In this document: one piece after another, positions 54,392 through 64,000 of the stretch
Layout: each line of letters starts with the position of its first letter
Numbering within the stretch: the stretch's first letter is position 1
Source: Octopus sinensis
Taxonomy: Eukaryota
Direction of reading: 5' to 3'
Assembly (NCBI RefSeq): GCF_006345805.1
Contig: NC_043003.1
Coordinates: forward strand, 99,448,001 to 99,512,000
Length of the DNA: 64,000 nucleotides
Notes under the pieces: generated by a model
Seen by the model: only the letters and a program-made list of their open reading frames with translations
Told to the model about the DNA's origin: nothing
Database searches by the model: none
Translations under genes and position numbers: made by a program

Positions 54392-55384
54392 AAGTGTTAG
54401 ATGCAATTCGAAATGAGAAATTTTGTTGTTAATGTGTGGGGGGATAATTGGTAACCAAGGTATTTTTCAGTAAAAGGGAAATAAATCTGCAATTTTCAAT
54501 ATGAGTTTATATTCAGTTCTGGCTTATATTATTCGATAAATAAGGTCTCTTTATTTAGTCGCACTTTTTTTCAGGTCCAAATAGTGCATTGATATAATGG
54601 GAAGATTAGGAATTTTAGTTTCAGTTGATCTGCACATTTTTTAGTGTGTTCACTGAGTTGTATCTGGCGATATTGTGGGGGAAGAGAACTGTTGTCTGTG
54701 AACTGTACATCTTCGTCTAAGGGACATTGCTGCGGAAACTATATAGTTTTTATAACAACCCGAACATCTTATGACATAAATAAAGTTTTCAGAGGCACAT
54801 GTAAAATTGGATTTAATTTTCAATTTTTATCCTTGTTTAAAATGGAATTCTTATCCGTCCAAAAGATTGGGACATGTTCCACAGTTAGGTCGATCACATT
54901 TTTTTACTCACAGCCCCAGAAACAATGAAGTATTTAACATCATGTTATGCTGATGGATTATCTAAATTGCCTAATAGAACGGCAAATATCATTAATAATA
55001 TTGGAAATTATTTCATTGAATAAAATTTATTGAAAGATCAATTATTTATATCCCTTTTTGTATATTAAAACCGCTCAGAACTTTCTGGACAACTTTATAT
55101 ATATACATACATACAGTACAACGCAAATATGGAATTTTTGATTATCCATTTTAAATGTCAATAAAGGGTAACCAGAATGAATGATAAATCTATTTTAGTC
55201 AGGCACAAAGAAGAGATACACTACCACTTCAAGCAAAGCCAAAGTCTTACCTGTGTTACGTTTCAGGTGTGTTTAACGAAGCGTTAAAAGATTTAGCTTA
55301 AAATGCTCAGAACTTTCCAGACAACCTAACACACACACACACACACACATACATACACACACACACACACGCACGCACACACAC

Positions 55385-55414
<30 letters not shown>

Positions 55415-55415
<1 letters not shown>

Positions 55416-56194
55416 AATTAAGGAAATCGCGAACACACGAGATTAGCTGTGGAAATAACTTAGAGAATCGGTTAGAGTACCCTTATAGACGCAAGAAGAG
55501 TGCATTACTATTGCAATTTTGGAAGCATAGGTTGAAAGCTCTATATTTCACTTTTCTAGTGATATGATCCTCCTCAAACGAAATCACCAGTTTGTTGGAT
55601 AGTTTTTTTAAGATTTGAATACAAAGTATTTGTCTCTGATGAAATTGGGTTTTTTTTCTGCGTCAGGAATTTGAAGTATATATTCTCTTTAGGTATAGCA
55701 ATATTTTTCGTAGAGATGACAAGCTTTTCACGGATCATAGTAAATAAATGATTTGTAATTGTACTCCACGTAAGGGAGTGATGTGATTATAAAGAGGTAG
55801 AAGCTTCAAAGAAACACTAGAATAGAAAAATTCTTCAATGAAGAAATCTGAGTTTCTCTTTTACCTAATTCTCTATTTAAACAATTAAACCACGCTACTT
55901 AATTCGGTCCATGTCAAAGTCTCGGGCGAAACAATATGCATTTTGTTGGACTCACTGTTATTGATTAAACGTCTTCGCTCTCAGATTTGAGATCTTTATT
56001 CTCTATTCTAAATAGTCACACGATGTTTGACTGTGAACTTCTTGGATACTATAAATTAAGGAAATCGCGAACACACGAGAATAGCTGTGGAAACAACTTA
56101 GAGAATCGGTTAGAGTACCCTTATAGACACTAGAAGAGTGCATTGTTGTTGAAAAGGCCTGACAGAAAAAAGAAACAGACTACATCACGAATTT
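55415..56194. repeat. Partial tandem repeat (period 638) ending in a 44-nt PLE RT piece
   Basis: 55415-~55505 repeats at 56053-56144; 56151-56194 matches 59038-59081 at 43 of 44 nt. Confidence 0.75.
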
Positions 56195-56904
56195 GTACGT
56201 ACATATACGTACACACGCACATACACATATACAGACAAACAAACACACACACACAGTCGCACACATGAAAGTATGTATATACATACATATGTTTACAATA
56301 TGTATGGATATATATTTTTAAGTACATATGCATGCATACATATAGTTTTGCGCGCACACACAAACATGTATGTATGTATGTATGTATGTATGTATGTATG
56401 TATGTATGTATGTATGTATGTATGTATGTATGTATGTATGTATATATGTATGTATACACAATGCAGTCAGTTGCTAAGCATGGTAACTATTACGTCATTG
56501 ATATTCCGAAGAATATGCTGTTAGCACAACGCTCTTTGAAATTAAAGAACTATGTTCAAAGGGAAATATCTAAATATCTTTACAGCGGTGCCGACGGTGT
56601 TACGGAAAAGGAGAAAGAGGTGGAAATTGCCATGTTTTAAGTAAGAGCGAGAGAGAGAGAGAGAGAGAGATGACAAGTCAGAAGGATACGTATAAAGAGA
56701 GGGAAAGTAAGTGAAGGAGAGAGATAGAGAGTGAGGAGAGAGATATGCAGAATAAGAGATAGTAGTATTTCAAAAGAAACGAGAAAAAAGTGTAAAGAGA
56801 AAGAGAAAAGTTCAGTATATTAATTTGCCCAAATCTATACATTTCCCAATATAGTTTCAGTAATTATATTTCAGCAATTAACTATAATAATAATGATAAT
56901 AATG

Positions 56905-56986
<82 letters not shown>

Positions 56987-57255
56987 TGATGATGATAATG
57001 AAGATGATGATGATAACAGCATCACATGACCAACAACAACAGCAACAACAACAATAATAATTATAATTATAATTATTATTATCATTATTATTATTTGAAA
57101 ATTGTTATTTTATCATTATTATTATTATTGTTGTTGTTTCCATTGTTATTTAAAGAAGTTTGTCTTAAAGACAGTAACCATATCACGGATTTATGAACAC
57201 GAATCTGAGACCGCGGCATGATATTACACGAGAAATACAAACACATTAACAAACA

Positions 57256-57286
<31 letters not shown>

Positions 57287-57532
57287 TTTATTATTGTAAG
57301 ACTTGTTAAGAGAAAACTGCAACCTTCATCTACAATATTTACACTTGAGATATTGTGTGCGTGCGTGCGTCTATGCGTGCGTGTGTGTGTACGTCTGTGT
57401 GTGTGTGTGTATGTGTGCGTATATATGTATATATTTATGTATGTACATATGTGTATATATATATATCCATACGAAGTATATGAGCAATAAATTTATTTTA
57501 TACATACCTATATATTTCAATATACATATATG

Positions 57533-58490
<958 letters not shown>

Positions 58491-58559
58491 TATATATATA
58501 ATATATATATATATATATAATATATATATATATATATACATATATATGTATATATATAG

Positions 58560-58609
<50 letters not shown>

Positions 58610-58662
58610 ATGTATTTATAGATAGATAGATAGATAAATAGAAAGATAGATAGATAGATAAT

Positions 58663-58698
<36 letters not shown>

Positions 58699-58724
58699 GA
58701 TAGATAGATAGATAGATAGATAGC

Positions 58725-58778
<54 letters not shown>

Positions 58779-58889
58779 TGCATACATACATAACTTATGT
58801 AGATTCTGTTTTCAGACTTTTTCAGCTGAGACGAATCTTGTTCCTGTGTCATTGTTGAAATATATGTGTATATATATGTACATCATTTA

Positions 58890-61075
58890 AAAGGAAGTGG
58901 TGTAGTTCTGATGGACGCAGAATGCTATAAATATCTAGTATTATCCATGCTAAAAAAACGGTGACTTCCACGAAAAAGTTGTGAACTATAAACAACAAAA
59001 TCAATGAAAAATCTTGCATCATTAATACGTCTACATGGAAAAAGCCTGACAGAAAAAAGAAACAGACTACATCACGAATTTCAAATATAAACCTAGTCTT
59101 TTTTACGGCCTACCTAAAATACACAAGAGCAAGATAATTAATAAAGCCTGCAAACAATCACCAGGCAAATACATAAATACGCAAGCGCCAGAAAACTTAA
59201 CGTTAAGGCCCATTATAGCTGGCCCAGCCTGTGAAACCCACCGCCTAAGCAATTTTCCAGACATCCTACTGAAACCTTAGCTGAAATACATCAAAAGTTT
59301 CATTAGAGACGATTTAGACATGCTAGAGCACATACCAAAAACAATTAGTGAAGTGGCATTATTAGTTTCCTTCGATGTTGTTAATCTTTACACCAACATT
59401 CCACATGACTATGGAATAAAAGCAATCAAAGCCTGCTTATAAAAGTACCCTGAAGTACTCCTGGAACGCATAAATCAGGTCTTTATAATTGAATCTTTAA
59501 AATCTATGCTTCAGAATAATTATTTCCTATTTGATGACACCTACTATCGTCATAAATGCGGAATTGCTATGGGAACGAACGCAGCCCTTGTTCTTGCGAA
59601 TCTGATAATGGGTTATTTTGAATCCACCATAAATGAAGTGCCATTTCAAAAATATGGTTATCTATTTCACCATTACATAAGAGAAAACTGGAAAAGATAC
59701 CTGGATGACTGTTTTATCATTTGGAAGGAGACCATTGATAAACTTTTGAACTTCAAATCAACATTAAATGATATAAACAGTGACATTCGATTTACAATGG
59801 AATATAGCAAAGAACAGCTCCCATTTTTGAGCACATGCCACCAGAAACACATCAAAACAAATCCCTTTAATTTAGCAAAAAAGGATTTGCACAATAGTGT
59901 CTCATAGAACTACTCGGGACCTTCGTCTTCAAGACCTCAAAACAACAGTAACGGAAAGACAATACCCACCCTCACTTATAGACGATGGAATTAAGCGTGC
60001 CAAGAAATTAGACATAAAAACACTAAGGATAACAAAACATAACACCACACCTCATCTCAAAACACTACTGTATATTTTAACCCACAACCCTAGAAACAAT
60101 GTGGCATAAAACACTATTGTGCAAAATCTTCCATTACTAACTAGAGACCCAAAAATGGACAACATCCTGAAATCGCATAAACTCATTAAATGCAAAAAGC
60201 AACACAAATCGCTAAAGAGACTTCTAACAAATGCGAAGCTTTACACAACATCCACAAAATCAACAGTTAAAAAATGTGGACGCCCAAACTGTGGAACATG
60301 CCCTAACCTACTTGAAGGCTCGAATTTCCTTTTCAAACAAGGAGAGAGGCCCAGAATTAAAACCAACTTCACTTGTGCATCTGAGAACCTAATTTATGTA
60401 ATAACCTGCTCGAGTTGAGGACATTACTATATAGGAGAGACAAGTATGACATTGAGACGGAGAGCCACTCTACATAAAGAGCAGATCCGATTCCCGCAAT
60501 ACAGACAAATTCCTTTAAGTGAACACACAGAGAAACGTGCAGGTAACATCAAACCAAATTTCACAGTTTTTCCCTTCTACCAGTGCAAAGATGCAATTTC
60601 TTTACAAGAATGTTTAAATAAAGAAACTTTTTTCATCGAAAACTACAGAACAGGTCTAAATATGCACGCACAACCAACTTTGATCTCTAAACATATTTTA
60701 ATTCACGATTACATAATTCACGATTCCTAATTCACTCTACATATTTCTCTCCACCACTCTAGTTTTTGAATTTTTGTGTATATATATTCCCCCCCCCCGC
60801 CGAAAACTGGACGATTATCTCTTCTGTCCAGAATAATAACGATAACCAACTACCTCCCCTGAGATTTTTCTTATTGTTGAATCGCTCATTCATAAACTCC
60901 ACACACAACATGGATAAAAAATGTTTCTTAAGAAAATACGTATTTAAATAAATTTTAATGTCATGAATGGCGAAAGCAAAACCGGTCGACAAACACAATA
61001 CAAGATATATTAAAAATTATATGAAAACTATGTAAAGTATGTGATTTTCCTTCTTTAATTTCTTATATATATTAC
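58890..61075 (+). mobile_element. Penelope-like element (Neptune type), degenerate RT + GIY-YIG and terminal repeat
   Basis: KGSGVVLM, FYGLPKI, SFDVVNLYTNIPH, GIAMGTNAA, WKRYLDD, LPFL, CGRPNCGTC, YIGET; many stops and frameshifts; decayed HHR-like motif at 60960-60990. Confidence 0.9.
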
Positions 61076-61284
61076 AACTTACCACGTGGGGATAATCAAA
61101 ATTCCTCCCTTTTTATTACTTATACACACACACACACACACGCACACAGTGATTGGAAAGTAACTCAATATTTTAAAATTGTTATAAATTATTTATTAAT
61201 TGTGATTTTTTCTCAAATTTTTGTGTTTGTTTTTTGAAGTATGAGAATTTATTCTTTAACTGTATTGCTCATGTCATTCACAAA

Positions 61285-61385
61285 TGTCTGAATGTCCACT
61301 TTTCCTGGAGACGGATGGGTCATTGTTGTCCGCATGAGTGGCCAGATAGAAGTCCCAACTTAACACCCTGTGACTTCTTTCTTTC
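61285..61385 (+). mobile_element. Tc1/mariner-type transposase fragment
   Basis: EWPDRSPNLTPCDF. Confidence 0.6.
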
Positions 61386-61635
61386 TCCACTCTCCCACCA
61401 GGCAGAATAAATTTGGAGTGTCTTGATTGTAATTAAACATGTTCATTCAATCGTGTCGGCCTTCTTTTTAGGTGCAAAATATACTGTCACGAGACGCTAA
61501 CAAACGGACGTAACAAGAGACGTACAAAAGGTTATAAATTTAATCATCCGTTTATTCTCTACAAACACTTGACAGAAAACATTCATAGCATTGATTGTTC
61601 GAACGTGTTCAGTCAACCGTGTCAGTGTTACCTTA

Positions 61636-62060
61636 CGACGTCAAACATTGTCACATGATATTAACATACGGAAGTAGCGAGGAACCTACAAAAATTTCTA
61701 AGACCAGTCATGTGACTACCCTCTACCAATCAAATCCTATTCAAAATATTTACTAATTTGAGCCATGAACTCCCTATAAAACAGGGCAAACTTCAAACAC
61801 TAGTCAGAAGCAAGATAGCTGCGATATAAGCCACGTCTTTCTATTTCAACCTTTTGAAAAGCAGTGTAAACTGTAAAACCGGTTATAGCTTTAAATATAT
61901 TAATTAAAAAATATTTAAACTATTCTCAATGCACTTTCCCTATATTTCTACCCGACTTTCATCACGTCACCCGTCGCACATCGTCTTCTAGCACGAATTA
62001 ACTCGCTCGTAGGTAATAGAAGTCTTTATACTTCGCACACACCATAAAAGCGCGCCAAAA
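61636..62060 (+). promoter_or_regulatory. Candidate Pol II promoter and first non-coding exon
   Basis: CGACGTCA 61636, GTCATGTGAC 61707, CCAATCA 61726, TATAAAA 61775, Inr-like CTAGTC ~61802, AG|GTAATA 62012/62013, E2F-like GCGCGCCAAAA 62050; CpG-retaining unique sequence. Confidence 0.45.
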
Positions 62061-62198
62061 TCGTACCGCCTACACTTTAAACAGTCATATGACCACAAAG
62101 AATTATTTTTTCGTTTTTGCTTGCAAAACCAGAGAGAGGAATTCTAATTCGTGTCGTACGAATGAGTAATTATCTGAATGTAATTTTTTTCCGTTCAT

Positions 62199-62247
<49 letters not shown>

Positions 62248-62368
62248 GTTAAGAGACAGAGACAGGCAGAAACAAGGAAAATGCCACTTGTATTTGAACA
62301 CTATGCAAATATTCTTTAAAAAAACTTTTCTTTTAATTTTTCTAAAATTTAATTGTTTTCCATACTTA

Positions 62369-62404
62369 CAGTTGAAAAAGTTTCAATGACTGAAACCGGT
62401 ACTG
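62369..62404 (+). ncRNA. Minimal hammerhead with U3-A8 core (inverted copy)
   Basis: CAG-UUGAAAA-AGUU(UCAAU)GACU-GAAA-CCGG-UA-CUG. Confidence 0.65.
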
Positions 62405-62478
62405 AAATGTTTTTTATAAAATTATTTTAGAATTTTCTATCTTGACATATTTTTCCATCTATCTATCTATCTATACAT

Positions 62479-62519
<41 letters not shown>

Positions 62520-62532
<13 letters not shown>

Positions 62533-64000
62533 AAGGGTGAAAAGGAACACACGAGTTGATATATATGAAAAAACAAGTCAAAAATAGAAAATGCTAAAAT
62601 AATTTTATAGTGAACATTTCAGTACCGGTTTCGGTCATTTTGAGACCTTTTCAACTGTAACGATTAAATAATTAAATTTAGAAAAATTAGAAGAAAAGAT
62701 TTTTTAAAGAATATTTCTATAGTAGTGTTCAGATTTAAGTGGCATTCTGCCTTTCTCTGACTCCCTTGTTTGCACTTGTGTGTCGGAGGTCGTTGTGAGT
62801 TCTTGGAAGGGTAGTAGAGAAGAAGGCTGGTGGGGAAAGGGGGATGGGAGAATCTGGGAGTGCCCTGATGGTCGTATTTTGAATGGTCAGTGGCGGCTGG
62901 CAGTCTCAGTTCAATTCAGGAGAATATTTATATTGACAGGCTTGTTTATAGAATTAGCGTAGGTGTTATACTAAAAAACATTAGTGACAAAGTTAAGGGG
63001 TAGGGGGTGGAGAAGTAGAAGAAGAAGAAGAAGAAGGAGAAGGAGAAGATGACGATGATGGTGGTGGTGGTGATGATTATGACGACGATGATGATGATAA
63101 TGATGATGATGAAGAAGAAGAAGAAGAAGAAGAAGAAGAAGAAGAAGGAGGAGAAGGAGAAGATGGTGGTGATGATGGTGGTGATGATGATGACGACGAT
63201 GATGATGATAATGATGATGATGAAGAAGAAGAGGAAGAAGAAGAAGAAAAAAAAAACAGAGAAGGGGGAATATGAATGGGTGTAAGTATAGCTATGAAGG
63301 GGCTGATTAGTAATGGATTCTATGGAGTGTAATATTTGTGTGTGTATATATATTTTTTTCTTTTATTCTAAAGTTGAGGTATATTAATTGTTTGTCGTAG
63401 ACCCGTTTAGAAGTGGCTTGTATTTTGTAATAAAGAGATTTTCTTTACTTATTCGTTGTCTCGAGGTTTTATCGTCCCTAAATTGGTAGAGGGGGAAAAT
63501 TCTGAAGTTTGGTGTTATTTTGTTGGCGCAAGTATCTATGTGTTGGCTAAAAGCTATTTTTCTGTTTTGGGGAATTTTTATCTGGGATCTGTGCAGGGCC
63601 ATTCGTTTACGCAAACCATTTTTTGTTTGGCCTATGTACTGCTCTTGACACCCGGAGCAGGTTAGTGAGTATATTAGGTTCTCCGAAGCACATGTGAAGT
63701 TGCTTTTCACTGTAAACCGTTGTCCCTGCTTGAAGGAGAACTCTGATCCCTCAATTAGATAGTCGCATATCCCGCAATTGGGTCTTCCACATTTTTTTAC
63801 TGTCGGCTTCTGTGTTGAGGAGTGAATTCGGGCTTGTGTAAGGAGACTTTTCATGGATCTAGGCTGTCTTTTGCTTTTTATGATCGTGTGTGTTTGGAGG
63901 ATTGTGTTCATTCTGTGGTCTTTTTTTAGGAGGGGTATGTTGTGGAGGATGGTGTCGAAGGCTTCGTTATTGAGAGGGTTGTGTGTGGAGATGTATGGTA
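62520..64000 (-). mobile_element. Penelope-like element (Neptune type): GIY-YIG end and terminal repeat; continues beyond the window
   Basis: Open frame to 63384: IIKSKRQP, CGRPNCGIC, FTCASENLIYSLTCSGC..YIGQT..RMALH; ~62225-62455 is an inverted copy of part of its terminal repeat. Confidence 0.9.
62620..62657 (-). ncRNA. Minimal hammerhead with U3-A8 core
   Basis: CAG-UUGAAAA-GGUC(UCAAAAU)GACC-GAAA-CCGG-UA-CUG; lies in the 3' terminal repeat of the PLE at 62520-64000. Confidence 0.72.

Overview
AT-rich, microsatellite-dense animal genomic DNA, very probably octopus (inferred from the recurring tRNA-derived SINE families and the LINE repertoire; not provable from the window alone). I can support no host protein-coding exon. 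Most entries in the ORF track are microsatellite read-throughs. The window is nested mobile-element debris: Penelope-like elements (PLEs; three Neptune-type RT+GIY-YIG copies and one GLYRDD-type), R4/Dong-like RLE LINEs next to (AAT)n, Tx1/L1-like LINEs, CR1, RTE, a Gypsy LTR+PBS+gag, Tc1/mariner pieces, a Helitron-like end and about 20 SINEs. The main result is a set of type I hammerhead ribozyme (HHR) motifs, folded by eye, in PLE terminal repeats. Four have canonical cores (10.7, 41.0, 43.7, 44.2 kb), two have a compensated U3-A8 core (62.4, 62.6 kb), one is an A6U/extra-nucleotide variant (26.1 kb) and several are decayed. They are tied to fold-back insertions. The centre of a perfect 119-bp palindrome at 23.7 kb maps, by ungapped alignment, exactly to the first nucleotide after the predicted cleavage site of the related HHR at 41.1 kb. 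This suggests that a ~220-nt self-cleavage product was itself retrotransposed. A TATA/CCAAT promoter-like segment at 61.6-62.1 kb is the best candidate for host function. Perfect-repeat and HHR coordinates were counted base by base; boundaries of degenerate elements are approximate.
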